Assembly: GCA_051294905.1 (NCBI GenBank)
Contig: CM119371.1
Location: 40,922,001-40,986,000, forward strand
Reading direction: 5' to 3'
Length of the DNA: 64,000 nt
Source of the DNA: Botryllus schlosseri
Taxonomy: Eukaryota
Shown: positions 40,201-51,142 of the stretch, in pieces
Position numbering within the stretch: position 1 is the first letter of the stretch
Layout of the letters: every line of letters starts with the position of its first letter
The notes under the pieces: generated by a model
Databases searched by the model: none
What the model was told of the DNA's origin: nothing
The model's input: the letters and a program-made list of their open reading frames with translations, nothing else
Position numbers and translations under genes: made by a program

Positions 40201-43200
40201 TTGTTTGCTGACACTCGTCAGGGGTAATCGTCAGCAGCTAGTAGAGTATTGGAAAGAACATCTTATATCAAGAATCGTATCACGAAATATGACGTCACCG
40301 GCAGGAAATTTTGAATAATCTGGTTGAAGAGACCGCATACTATTTTAGTTGGTACACATATTCTTTATGTAGGCACAGACTTGGTTGGCCTATTCAGATA
40401 AATGTCGACTCCAAGGCACCTCAATGAATGTGTGTAATATCTGTATATCTATACCGTCTGTTGAAAACCACTGCACTTGCACTAAACAATACCTTGGTAC
40501 ATGGCATTTGAAATATTCTTCCTTCGCAGCAAGTAAACCAACATCATTTAGCGGAAACGCGAATCGAAATCGAACAGGCAAGACTGCTGGTGCTGAAAAC
40601 TGCGTTTCTCATCGATGAAAACGGCGGCAAAGCCGCTAGGAAATTGGTTAGTGATACGTTGTTTGTGTTTGCTTCTAGAATTTCAAGTTAAAGGTAAATA
40701 GCTTTATCTAGAAAACTCTAAGATAGAATTGTAAGCAGTAAAAAAAACACAACCATTTAGGTAGTGATATGATGCAATTAGTCTAATCATCGAAGGACAA
40801 TCGGGACGAGAAATTGATGATTCACAAGGCTAACGTTGAGTGGTGTTGTCGCAATATTTCCGAGTACATTTATCGCTTTGACAGGGTAGTTTTTGTTGTT
40901 GTTTGTGGTGTACACGATGCTTGTCGACTGCCACGGTGATTTACACCAGACCAATTTTCTTCATTTTTACGCTGTAGATGCCGACTGCTAGCACGGCCCA
41001 CTTTCTAGGCTTTTATAAGACATCGCTTACACGGATGAGATGGCGAGGTGTAGCCTAGGAAATCCTGGAAAACTTCGGTAGGAATTCTGGTACAATCCAC
41101 TTTTTCAACTCTGCTCGAGTGATGGAGAAGGGCTCATATTCATACTATCGTAATTTTCCTCAGAATTAACAGTTTCTGGTCCTATTATCCAAGTATCGGG
41201 ACTGATAGACAAGATACCAATCGTGTGGTGACTTTACTATTCTTCGAAGTTACAATCAAATGTCTGTCTTGGCCGTCTTAGTCTCGAGTCATATGACTCA
41301 AGTTTAAGTCGAGTCATTTCACGAAAAAAAAGACTCGAGTCAACGAAAAATCGTGACTCGAGTTGGAGTCGAGTCATTAAAACCTGGTGTGGATTATACC
41401 ACTACGCTATCTCACCTCTCTTCTGCATGCTTGTAACCAAGTCGCAAGGTTTGGTATCAATTTTTCTTCTTCAGTTTTGACTCGAGTCAAGTTGAGTCGT
41501 CTACAATTCAACACTGAGACAAGTCCGAGTGTTGAGACTCGAATCCGAGTCATAGTGTTATTACTGTAGTGAATATTTTTTTTACATGCCAAAAAAGTCA
41601 AAATTGTTGTCAAAATTATAGCGTTAGGTCAAAAAATGTCAAAATTGTTTGCAAAGTCAAAATTTTTCTGCAACCTGCACTTCGATTGTATCGTAGATTT
41701 TGCACACTTGTTGAACTTATTTTGACATTTCACAGCTGGTAACCTATTTTATAGGCCTACTGTTGTAGACGGCCCATCGTCTGCTCATTGCGAATCATAA
41801 ACATTCAAATGAAACAAATAAATTTACATGGTGTTATGGTCAACGTACCGCATTATCCTAACTGAAGCAAGACTGCGTTGCATTGCATGGTTCTTATATC
41901 GAGAAGCGCATGATGAAAAATTATGATGTAGACAACGTCGTCAGAATGATGCAGCACGGTGTGTCACCGGCAGTGTACGCAGATAGGGCCAGATTTCGTT
42001 AAAATATAATTTCATGAAAAATTTGTCAGTTTTCGAGTCGGAAAAGTTTTTTAAGGCCAAACCAACTTCGTAAGTACACACAGTTCCAACTAGAAATGAA
42101 GATAAGTAGAACAATTCTTTATTATGTGGGTAAACACCTAATTTGAACACGTTGGGTCAAAATTAAGTTTTTAAGGTCAAAAAATGTTAAATTTTGATTT
42201 TTTAGGTCAAAATCTTCCGTTTATAAGTAAAAAAAATCGACCCAGTTATCACTGTATAGTCTTGAGATCCAAGTGATGTTCAACTCATTTTTTGGTAATC
42301 TGCTCGCGCGAAACTAATTCCTCACATTCGTAATATACACGTTTGTCTCACTCTTAGCCAGATATGGATAGTAAAGGGAGTAGTTCTATATTTTGGCCCG
42401 ATTTGGCTTGAGTCATATGAGTGCTATGACTTGAGTGCAAGTTGAGACATTTTCAATATTTCGAAAAATGACTCGAGTAAGGTCGAATTAGTGAACAATA
42501 GCAGCTAAAGTCTTAACTCTCGATTCATCACAACCCCGCTCCCTCAAGATTTATTGCTCTTGAACTTTTGACGTTTCCAGATATCCATGATGAAAGTGGC
42601 TGCTCTACGGGCGTTCAAAAACGCGGTAGACAAGACCATTCAGATCCACGGCGCCGCTGGAGTGTCTCAAGACTTCCCGTTTGCTTCGTGGTGAGTAGAA
42701 TCTGCACCGTGGCCTGCCGATCGGGCGCTAATTACATTCAGAGGTGGTGAAAGGAGTTTCGCTAATTTTTCCAACAATGAAGTCGGAGTCACAAAAATTT
42801 GGAGTCGGCGGAGTTTTTAAAGTCAAGTCAAGTACTTTCAAAGGTCTCTGAAAATTGCCGATAGTAAATAAAATAGCATTTGTGTGTACCAACTATTAAT
42901 ATTGATATTATTGAAAACTTACACATATTATTCGCGAATTTCAATTCAATTGCATAGAGAAAGAAAGAATTCGGTAATTAGTTACCTGGTTCGTTATTCA
43001 GTACTTGAATAGAGCTTTCAATACAGCATCCATTGTATTATAATATTTACTGAACACGAGGACTTTTGGGGTGCCTCTTTTCTGCACTTGAAAGGCGAAA
43101 CCAAAAAGTCAAAGTTTTCGAGTTCAATAAGTATCATAGTGTTGGGATCAAGTCACTACCTTCGAGTCACGAGTCATTTCGAGTCATCACACATTTTGAC

Positions 43201-44212
43201 TCGAGTCAAGTCGAGTCTCTCGATTTTTGGAGGTGACTCGAGTCAAGTTAAGTCACTTGATTTTTCAAGTCAGGTCAAGTCACGAGTCACGTCAAAATTC
43301 AAGTCAAGTTGCCTTTTTCGAAGTATGAAGCATGATTACGTCATTGCATTTCGCTAGGTGTCGGAATAACAGATTGATTGGTCATTGATTCTGAACCGAT
43401 GAACGAATATTGAGTTAAATATACAAATAAATGCAACAAGGGGCTGTATCGCTCACATAGAACTATTAAACTACGTAAGTAATTGCATAGCCTCATTTTA
43501 TAGTTACCAGACAAGATAAAGAATCGAGAAACGAATTGATAAGATGCAATATATCACCCATTTATACATAATATTGGTATGATAAAAAACAAGCGGTTCG
43601 GTTAAGATAAGAACAGAGAACAGAAATAGATATTTTGCTATTAAATTACATTATTACTAGTTTAAGACAACGTAAGCTGTAGCTTCGATCACTTCGTTTG
43701 TGGTCCATATATTTGTGAGAGAATATTTGAGGATCAGTGAAACGCACGATCATTGAATGACTGGTCGGTCTCACGGATTACACAAGTGTTTGGCGAACAA
43801 TCCGAACATATGCTAGATAAGGTGATTTTTACTTGATGACTTGAAATTGACTCGTGAATTTTGCTCCGAGTCACGAGTCAATTCACATTTCTGATACGCC
43901 GATTCAAGTCAAGTCATTTTAGCAAAATGACTCGAGTCAGTCAAGTCATACGAAAAAGGTGACTCGAGTCATCCCAACACTGTATCATACTACAGTGGAT
44001 GTTGAAAATTAAATTCAGTAATTGTAGTTCGAAAGAAATGTGTAGCCATGATTCTAATTCTAGTCAAGTTTGGAAAATAAAATTTTCACGTCCATATTGA
44101 CAGGTTTGCTTCAGCGCGCGCATTGCAGATTGCCGACGGCCCAGATGAGGTTCATCTGAGTTTAATCGCCAGGATGGAGATATCAGAACAGTCGCAGAAA
44201 TCGAGATTATGA
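4272..44212 (+). CDS. ACAD11: Acyl-CoA dehydrogenase family member 11-like (APH kinase + ACAD domains, no HAD domain), 19 coding exons, about 748 aa, C-terminal PTS1 (SRL)
   Basis: Manually spliced exons, all GT-AG with consistent phases: 4272-4363, 5485-5584, 7481-7606, 8005-8163, 20456-20620, 21797-21921, 28974-29103, 29234-29340, 34008-34119, 34741-34809, 35534-35672, 36371-36478, 36544-36642, 37861-38016, 38742-38885, 39479-39558, 40530-40646, 42581-42690, 44104-44212 (2247 nt including TGA). Kinase motifs: [39 protein letters not shown]10/11-type motifs: [74 protein letters not shown]. Confidence 0.93.
4861..5313 (+). mobile_element. MITE family A copy
   Basis: CAGGGTTGTA...AACAACCCTG termini and the same internal sequence; no clear TSD. 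Confidence 0.8.
5932..6801. mobile_element. Tc2/pogo-like (Tc1/mariner superfamily) MITE inserted in a SINE
   Basis: TA|CCGTAATTTTCC...GGAAAACTACGG|TA. It splits a SINE that is intact at 15641-15917. A partial right end also occurs at about 8370-9125. Confidence 0.8.
8464..9080. mobile_element. Palindromic (foldback) hAT-type MITE, 617 bp
   Basis: TAGGGTGGTTC...GAACCACCCTA; arms are complementary almost to the centre (about 8772); perfect 8-bp TSD GTGCGTAT. Confidence 0.9.
14228..14687 (+). mobile_element. MITE family A copy (diverged)
   Basis: CAGGGTTTTAA...CTACAACCCTG termini with GACTCGAGTC motifs. Confidence 0.75.
15641..15917 (+). mobile_element. tRNA-derived SINE (uninterrupted copy); other copies about 3087-3200, 5771-6935 (split), 53553-53654 plus 55376-55520 (split, related)
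   Basis: Pol III A box TAGCGTAATGG (15653) and B box GTTCGATCC (15698), followed by a shared non-tRNA body. Confidence 0.8.
16831..16874 (+). ncRNA. Minimal type I hammerhead ribozyme motif (core intact, first stem I pair mismatched)
   Basis: GCTGAC-GATT-ACCC-CTGATGA-GTGTTAGCC-GAAA-ATAT-TC-AGGT: CUGAUGA and GAAA core boxes, palindromic stem III AAUAUU, UUC cleavage triplet. Confidence 0.7.
17020..18061. mobile_element. Two adjacent MITE family A copies in opposite orientation (about 17020-17447 and 17596-18061)
   Basis: The second copy has CAGGGATGTAA...GCAATCCTG termini with flanks CTCAACAT/ACCAACAT. Confidence 0.75.
18808..19670. repeat. Dispersed CAGACTT-terminated repeat with about 45-bp tandem units (AAAAAACTGTGTAGCTATAATTCTAATTCTAGTCTAATT); also 8190-10000 (inverted arms), 5600-5720, 12664-12850, 28001-28260, 39000-39080, 61770-61920
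   Basis: Tandem units are directly visible and share a terminal sequence. Confidence 0.8.
20985..21780. mobile_element. Non-autonomous repeat with TAGGGCGATTT end and TTTTGAC motifs; copies 29518-30015, 30620-30850, 41575-42245 (reverse)
   Basis: Several hundred bp of shared sequence between copies; the TAGGG terminus suggests hAT. Confidence 0.65.
21935..22865 (-). mobile_element. Second CR1/L2-group LINE family 3' end; other copies about 39085-39270 (+), 49060-49340 (+), 54222-54569 (-), 56145-56520 (-), 44880-45060 (-)
   Basis: Minus strand encodes remnants [12 protein letters not shown]...[15 protein letters not shown], followed by a shared 3' UTR and AATAAA plus a microsatellite tail. 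Confidence 0.75.
22083..22610 (+). mobile_element. MITE family A copy nested in a LINE 3' end
   Basis: Interrupts the LINE sequence ggagg|catgcacactgaat that is contiguous at 54376-54394. Confidence 0.8.
27530..27573 (-). ncRNA. Minimal type I hammerhead ribozyme motif (intact)
   Basis: Minus strand reads GCTGAC-GATT-ACCC-CTGACGA-GTGTCAGCC-GAAA-ATAT-TT-GGGT: stem I ACCC/GGGU, core boxes, NUH = UUU. Confidence 0.72.
34185..34612 (+). mobile_element. MITE family A copy
   Basis: Perfect 8-bp TSD GTAGAGGT flanking CAGGGCTGTAA...TTACAACCCTG. Confidence 0.85.
36988..37695. mobile_element. hAT-type MITE (CAGTGGTTCTCAAC termini) with a nested TAGGGTGGAGTG fragment from 37218
   Basis: TIR CAGTGGTTCTCAACC / GGTTGAGAACCACCG; flanks TTCAACGT/TTTCACGT. 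A related end lies near 11250 and the nested family recurs at 59370-59620. Confidence 0.7.
38368..38590. repeat. About 31-bp tandem repeat (AACTAGAACTAGAATTACTCACTTTTCAAAATCCGC); related at 20240-20340, 31405-31500, 35785-35850, 36135-36225
   Basis: About seven degenerate units are visible. Confidence 0.75.
39691..40094 (-). mobile_element. MITE family A copy
   Basis: GGGGTTGTAACC...TTACAGCAGCCCTG termini. Further degraded copies lie near 10726-11090, 41090-41560, 42380-42536 and 60229-60668. Confidence 0.75.
43137..43982. mobile_element. hAT-type MITE family B (CAGTGTTGGGAT TIR)
   Basis: Similar over its whole length to 45112-46004. Ends ATCCCAACACTG; flank TATCATA(C) is repeated. Confidence 0.8.
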
Positions 44213-45111
44213 AAGAAACGAATCAGTCATTTACCAAATTTTACATGATCCTTGAAACTGTGCCGAATACTTTGAGTTCAATTGTTGTCTTCTGCAAATT
44301 TCTCAGTTCTATCTATCATTGCGAGATATGCGTGTTATCACACTATGAGCTTGTATGTGATTACCATAATCTTTTGGCCATCTCTTGCTGTCCGTGCAAC
44401 TGCAATTGCGTTACTCACGTTTTTAAAATGATCAACCCAAGTCTATGCAATGATAATTAATAATTCTTTCATCCGTTTTTACTTTTATGCGAATTTTCAA
44501 CATCGATTGTTCAACGTGCGTTCGTTTTGTGATAAGAATGCGTTCTATCGCGGTGGAAATGCATTGACGGTCGTGAAATGATAATGAATCGTCTCACGTA
44601 CCTAGATTGGATATCATCGATTAGTTTGAATGCAATTGTTCCAACTATGATGCCCGCACTCATTCGTCCTGAGCTCCTAACGCCCTCACGTGTTTCGAGC
44701 TCGCAATACAGGCTTTCGAAAGCGCAACAACAATGACCCAGAAAGCTGGAAAATCGCGTGACGCTATAATCTTTCGCATTCGCAATTCATGTCAGACGCA
44801 GTTCATCTGGCTAATGAGTCGGTTCAGCGCTAGCCTGTATATCAGTTCATTTTAATACTCGTTTCAAAACACGACAAGATATCAATCTAATGTAAATGTA
44901 GGAGGGAGTTGAAAGAACTTGGAGTAGACGTTTATTCCAACACCTACCTTCTAGCTCGTAAATATAATAGAATTGTACTGAATTGGAAGTAACGCAGCGA
45001 TTGACGAATAACAGATGAAGGGTGATGGAAATGAAGTGACATGGTGTTGGTAGGCGAGGTCGTTTTGTCGGTGTCCGGTCAATACCGAGAGAACCATTCG
45101 CGAGAATGAAC

Positions 45112-46004
45112 CAGTGTTGGGATCAAGTCACTACCTTCGAGTCATTTCGAGTCATTGCACATTTTGACTCGAGTCAAGTCAAGTCACTCGATTTTTGGAG
45201 GTGACTCGAGTCAAGTCAAGTCACATTTCAAGTCAAGTTGCCCTTTCGAAGTATGTATGGGGCATGGATACGTCATTGCAATTTGCTAGCTGTCTGAAAT
45301 ACAGTTCGAGTGGTCATTGATTCTGAACCGATGAACGAATATAGAGTTAAATATAAACGCAAGAAGGTGCTGTATCGGTCACATATGCGTAGAACTGGTA
45401 AACTACGTAATTGCATAGTCTCAGTTTAGAGTTACCAGCCAAAATAGAGAATAGAGAATCGGAATGATAATGATTCAATACATTGTAGCCTACCCAGTTA
45501 CAAATAGATATGATACTATTGGAGCCTGCGACAATGGTTGAGGACTACATAAACTATATTCGACTTGAATTTCAATAAAACAAGAGGTTTGGTTATGGTA
45601 AGAACAGATAACAGAAATAGACATTTTGCTATTCTATTACTTTACTGCTTGAGTTACGACAACGTATACTGTAAGCTTCTATCACTTCGTTTGCGGTCAA
45701 TTTATTTGTGAGAGAAACGCACGGTCATTGAATGATTGGTCGCTTTCACGGGTTACACAAGCGTTTCGCGAACAATCCGAACATATGCAAGATACTGTGA
45801 TTTTTATCGACACCGATTACTTGATGACTTGAAATTGACTCATGAATTTTGCTCCGAGTCACGAGTCAATCCACATTTCTGATACGCCGAGTCAAGTCAA
45901 GTCAAGTCATTTTAGCAAAGTGACTCGAGTCAAGTCAAGTCATGCGAAAAAGGTGACTCGAGTCTGACTCGAGTCAAGTCATGACTCGAGTCATCCCAAC
46001 ACTG
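45112..46004. mobile_element. hAT-type MITE family B
   Basis: TIR CAGTGTTGGGAT...ATCCCAACACTG with perfect 8-bp TSD GAATGAAC. Confidence 0.9.
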
Positions 46005-46069
46005 GAATGAACACCACCGAGAACGGAAATTACCGAGAGTGCAATGCAGGCATGTTACGTAGGCTCACC

Positions 46070-46628
46070 AGAGAGAGAGAGAGAGTCTTTTATTTTTCAT
46101 CAAACCAAAATACATAACACTCGGCAGTGGTGGTGGTACAGAAAAATATGCATGCACAGTATTCGGTATTAGATAGGAATGATCGATAAGACCGTGAGGG
46201 TCATCTAGTCTGATTACACCAGCATCAAACAGGTACGCTTGACTCTAAACAGTCTGGCTGTAAAAAAAAGTTACAGTAGTTAAAAAAATAAAATAGAAGA
46301 AAAATTAAACGATGGTAGCAAATGATCAATGAAGCAATGTCTGGGCGAGGTAGGGCAACAGTGTTAGTGTAACGATAAGAGGTGATCAAGTAGGGCTTTT
46401 TTGAATCTATCATAAGGCAATTCACGGATATGTGGTGGTAATGCATTCCAAATGATAGGTCCCGAGTAGTCGATAGATCTCTTAGTTAGGTTGCTATTGG
46501 GTGGGGGTAAGTAGATATTTCCCTTTGACGAGGATCTCGTGTAATTGGAATGGACATTTTTAGCAGGTATGAAAAAGTCATCAAACACAGGAGGCAGACT
46601 ATTGGAAAAATATTTGTGAACAACTTTT
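46070..46628 (-). mobile_element. 5'-truncated CR1/L2-group LINE (ORF2 C-terminus, 3' UTR and (CT)n tail)
   Basis: HKYFSNSLPPVFDDFF...HSNYTRSS...KRSIDYSGPIIWNALPPHIRELPYDRFKKALLDHLL*, then AATAAA and (CT)n. A second 3' tail lies at about 53275-53424 (+). Confidence 0.85.
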
Positions 46629-46849
46629 GATACTTCGAAGCGATATTATTGCTCATCAACTCGCAAAATTCGATGCTTGCGGTAGTAAGGCGATATACGA
46701 CCATACCCCTCTTTTAAGGGGATTTGTCCTCTTTTTTTTTAAAGTGCCCTCGGAGGACGCCTTTTTGTCCTCTTTTGAAATTTTGTCCTCCTTCTATGTG
46801 GTGGTGGAGTAACAAGCAATTATTACGTAACAGGTAACAGGGTGAATCC

Positions 46850-47275
46850 GTACTTATGAGCGAAAGTCTCTGAAAAAATGAAGTGCGATTTCGCTCTGAT
46901 GCTCTGTCGTTTCTTGTTGAACTCAGTCTGCAGATTAGGGCAAGATTTTCATTTGCCGGGGAAAGCATACTTGAGTGTATTGAATCCGTTAACAGCCTTC
47001 TTATCCACACAAAGAATACTAAAATCATTCATTCCCCTAGGCTAGCTGTGCAATTTTCCCTCTGTGATATTATTTGATGAACTTGATGATTTGTCGGAAG
47101 AATGGGCTGCTGTGGCAAGATCGCAAAATGAGCTGCAGGTGCCAATGCCCTCCAACAGAATTTTTACAAAAATTGAAATCTGTGCCCAATGGATTCGGTG
47201 AATCAAAATTCCCTTTACTGGAGAAGCTCATGACGAATCTCTTGGCATTGCCACATTCCACTGCATTCGTGGAAA
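46850..47275 (+). pseudogene. Decayed hAT transposase C-terminal fragment (dimerisation domain)
   Basis: Frameshifted segments FRSDALSFLVELSLQIRARF... and LKSVPNGFGESKFPLLEKLMTNLLALPHSTAFVE match the hATC pattern FPxLxxLxxxLLxLPxSxAxVE. Confidence 0.75.
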
Positions 47276-49849
47276 TGGAGTATGCTGTACAAGTGTACAT
47301 AGACACCTCCCCATTGTTTGGTTGAAGATGTACGGTAGTAGGCAAGATGCCACACAAAATATACTTATGTTTGATGAATGGTGTACGGTCGAACGATAAT
47401 TTTTATGTCGCCGTATAATTCAAAAGCAACAATATTTGATTTTTTTGTGCTATATTGAATTATTTCCATCAATTTTGTTGAATAATTATACAGTATATCA
47501 ATTTTTTTCATTAATTTTTGCTAAATAAACATGCAGTAAATCATGCATATGTATCGAATTCATGTGTGGAACACTTCTTATCTATGGATTTGTACCTTTG
47601 GTCATCATGATCACTTGGCAACGGCCAATTTTTCCTGCAGTTTACTAATCTAGTGTTTTTTCGCCAATCTAGTGTTTTTTCACAACATAATCTTGTGTTT
47701 TTCCGGGAACCTAGAGTGGCAACACTGGGATATATCAGCTGTATGACTCAAGTGGTATCGTATCAGATGTATCACTCAGGTACCCGCGCTGTATCAGCCA
47801 GGTAATTCTCAGTGATCACTCTGCATAATAAATATCACGTATAGATACAGCTGTGATACAGCTGTATATCAACAGGGCCTAGCGCCGCAGTAGCGTGGAT
47901 TTGAGGTTGAGCAGCTTTTGTACGATATGGAGGAGCAGCGGGGTTGGCTACGCAATTGGGACGCTTTTGACAATTTTCCATTTAGCACCTTCAGCTTTGT
48001 TCAACTAAAGCAATGAGAAGCATGTGCGGGCCTAGTGTACTTTCATATCGACGACTATCACGAATCAGTGTTCCCTGTGCTGTGAACATGGTAAAGTTGA
48101 TGCCATTGGCGTTTATAGTTGATTTAGGATTAAGTTCAATGTATCGTAAATCGGGGTTTGGGCATTGGAAGCCGTATAATCAGAGTTGATGGTAGGTGTA
48201 AGTTTACGGCTGGCAACCCATAATAACGAATAAGGATCACCAGTAAAGTCGGCACTTGAGGAATTTCGGATTAAAAATGAGGAATTTCGGATTAAAAATA
48301 TATTAACTACCGGTATTAGGTTTTGGAGTTATGTTGAGTTTAGAACATATACGTAGCCGGAAATGGGCCACGGCCCTCAATTTTTTGAAATCTCTCGTAA
48401 ATTGACATACAGTAGAGTAATTTGGAGCATAGCAGGGATGTATTAAAATGGTGTTACGTCTCTGTCCGTATATAATAAGTAACCTACATACTGTATTTAT
48501 TTTGCAAGTGCGTCTGTTAGTCACCAGAAACCCTTTAATGCCCCACCGACTCAGGGTATTGTAGTGTATTCAAAACCCATACCCCAACCCTAATGTCCGT
48601 CAACTTCAACGGTAGCCTAATATTCCAAACCCTAATCCCCCGTGCTTACATGTGATCTATGCATGTTCTGACCTCGGTACAATACTGATGCATACCGTAT
48701 CTTTTACATTAAGATAGTTGATACAGTTATAATAGTTGATACATTAGTAACGCCGAAATTGCCAAGCGCTGAGTTCACTGATAACCATGGTAAAATTGGA
48801 GCTGTGTGGTGTCATAAAATAAGTGTTTGGGTATCATATGATTATAATTGGGGTTTAAGCTAAAGCTACCCCCGGCCATAATTATCGATAACCCAAACAT
48901 AATCTTGAACTTGGTATATCCGCCATCAATTTTGACATCATGTGGAACACTGATTGCTAATGGTTGTGTTGTACCCATATTAGTAACCTAGACCAGATTT
49001 CAGATGACTTGACTGGACTCGCTTTGCAGAAATGACTTTACTTTACTTGGCATTTCAGGAATGTAGGTTGACATGAAGCGAAGAACTATATACAGTCCAT
49101 CCTCAAGATTACCGGACCACGACTAACCTATCGATCTCGCTTCCCATGACATGACGCCCTATTTCTTGTCGCTTTCTTTTTCTATACTATCTTCTTTACT
49201 TTCATTCAGTGTGCATGCCTCCTTTTTACATCACCTAGGCCAAGGTGGGTGTCCGATTCCATAGACAAATCCAAGTCGCTTCGACATCTTCCTTTCTTTT
49301 CATTGTATCGCATTTTTTGTGGTGTATTGAACTGATAAAATTGCTAATAAACCAATGATGAACTAAATCTTTTTACCTTATGTACAATTGTACAATGTAC
49401 ATGTTCTTGGCACACTAGTATGAGCTGTGGGAGCAGCCAATCATTGAGCAATTACGCAGTCTGGTTTTATTGAGCCTCTGTTGGTGTGTGACACAAATGA
49501 ATCGACTACAAACCAGCTAACTTGTGTTCACATCATCATAGACTTGGCAGTTATCTATCTTCAGAAATGTATTTCTCTGTAAAAGACTGCGCAGTAGAGG
49601 GATTGAAAAAACTTTTTTTCAAATTTCATTAGCTTTGTTGTAAAATCGTCAGGTTACCTAAAAAGAGTTTAAATACCACATTTGGCTAAAGAGATGCCGA
49701 GGTCGGACAAATTAACATTCTGACCATTTTTGGAAATGAAAGTATTCACGGTGGCAATTTACGTCACTCCGACATGGCCAAAAATCGTATTCCTGGTGTG
49801 ACTGAAGGGGCCAGAATGTTCTTTCCACTCATTTCCATCTTGCCGAACT

Positions 49850-50170
49850 TAGCGAATGCCTTGAACAGAGTACGAGCATATGCATAATCATACTGGTGTC
49901 GAAAGTTATACATGTGAAATATGCGGAATGGAGGATTATGTATGTGACATATGTGTAAAAGATTTTGCAGGACGAAGCGGTCTAGAAAATCATATACCTA
50001 CTCGCATTGGGTTGAGGCCTTACGCCTGTGGAGCCTGTGGAAAGGCCTTCCTTTATGTAGAAAATTTGAAGGCACACTTGGATATTCATACTGGGGTGAA
50101 AGATATTAGCGTGATATACAGTAAGGCCTTTGGTCAGAAGTTAAATTTAAAGGGTACATGCGTACTCATT
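49850..50170 (+). pseudogene. Degenerate C2H2 zinc-finger fragment related to the 51143 array
   Basis: HTGVESYTCEICG...CDICVKDF...CGACGKAF...HLDIHTGVKD, with an internal deletion, a lost His and a frameshift. Separated from the intact array by a MITE. Confidence 0.7.
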
Positions 50171-50312
50171 CTTCGACTAAATAATTTTCAATATGAATTC
50201 TGAGAACATGGATTTTGATTGCTGTTTAGGACCAGGTTTCTCATCGCTGATGCTGGAAAATAGTAAAATGATGTAGTCAGTCGGTGGATTGAGCACAATG
50301 AGCAGTAACAAC

Positions 50313-50755
50313 CAGGGTTGTAACCAAGTCACAAGTCAATCTCACTTTTATAGTTTTGACTCGAGTCATTTTCAATTCACCACCGAGTCATGGTATTATG
50401 ACTCGCGTCCAAGTCATTGTGTTGACTGCTCAGTTTCCAGTTAAAGTCTTGTTAAACCCACTTTTTATAACTCTGTTTGGTGATATCGAATGGTTCGCTT
50501 TTATAATATACTAATTTTCCTCACTTTTAACAGTTTCTGGTCGCTTTTTCAAGTACCAGTACCGATAGACGAAATCCCAATAGAGTGGTTACTTTACTAT
50601 TCTTCGAAATTACATTGAACTGTTGGTCTTGGCCGCCTGAGTCTCGAGTCATATGACTTGGTTCGAGTCATGTCATTTCCATATTTTGAGAAAATGGCTC
50701 GAGTCAAGTGGAGTGATCAGAAAGTCGGGACTTGAGTCGAGTCATTACAACCCTG
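50313..50755 (-). mobile_element. MITE family A copy
   Basis: TIRs CAGGGTTGTAA; TSD GTAACAAC/GTAACGAC. Confidence 0.85.
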
Positions 50756-51142
50756 GTAACGACACTGTATTAGTTTGCATTGGCAAGTAAAAATTTTTGT
50801 AATATATTATTTCAAATTCATTGAAGTAGTGCAGACTATATGCATTTTCAGTCATTCCCCAAACCATTTTGAGATTTGTCTGCGAGATGGAGTCTAGGAA
50901 CTTTCAGATGGTTTTCTGTTATTGTTAAATATTTGTTTTTTGCAGATCAAATACACTATTTTTGTTAACCCTACTAAATCGCAGAGATCTTGACACTCCA
51001 AATACTGCTAGTCGAAATCAAGTTGGTTGTACGGCGGATCTTTCGTTTTAGGAAAATTTGAAATAGCACATTCACATAATCATATTCACATTAAAAACTA
51101 CGAATGTCAAGTTACTAATAAGAGAGCGCATTGAAGAATCAC

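Noticed and set aside
4364..44103. Non-canonical or U12 introns in ACAD11
   Set aside because: All 18 introns are GT-AG (one AAG acceptor at 36370); no U12 donor signature.
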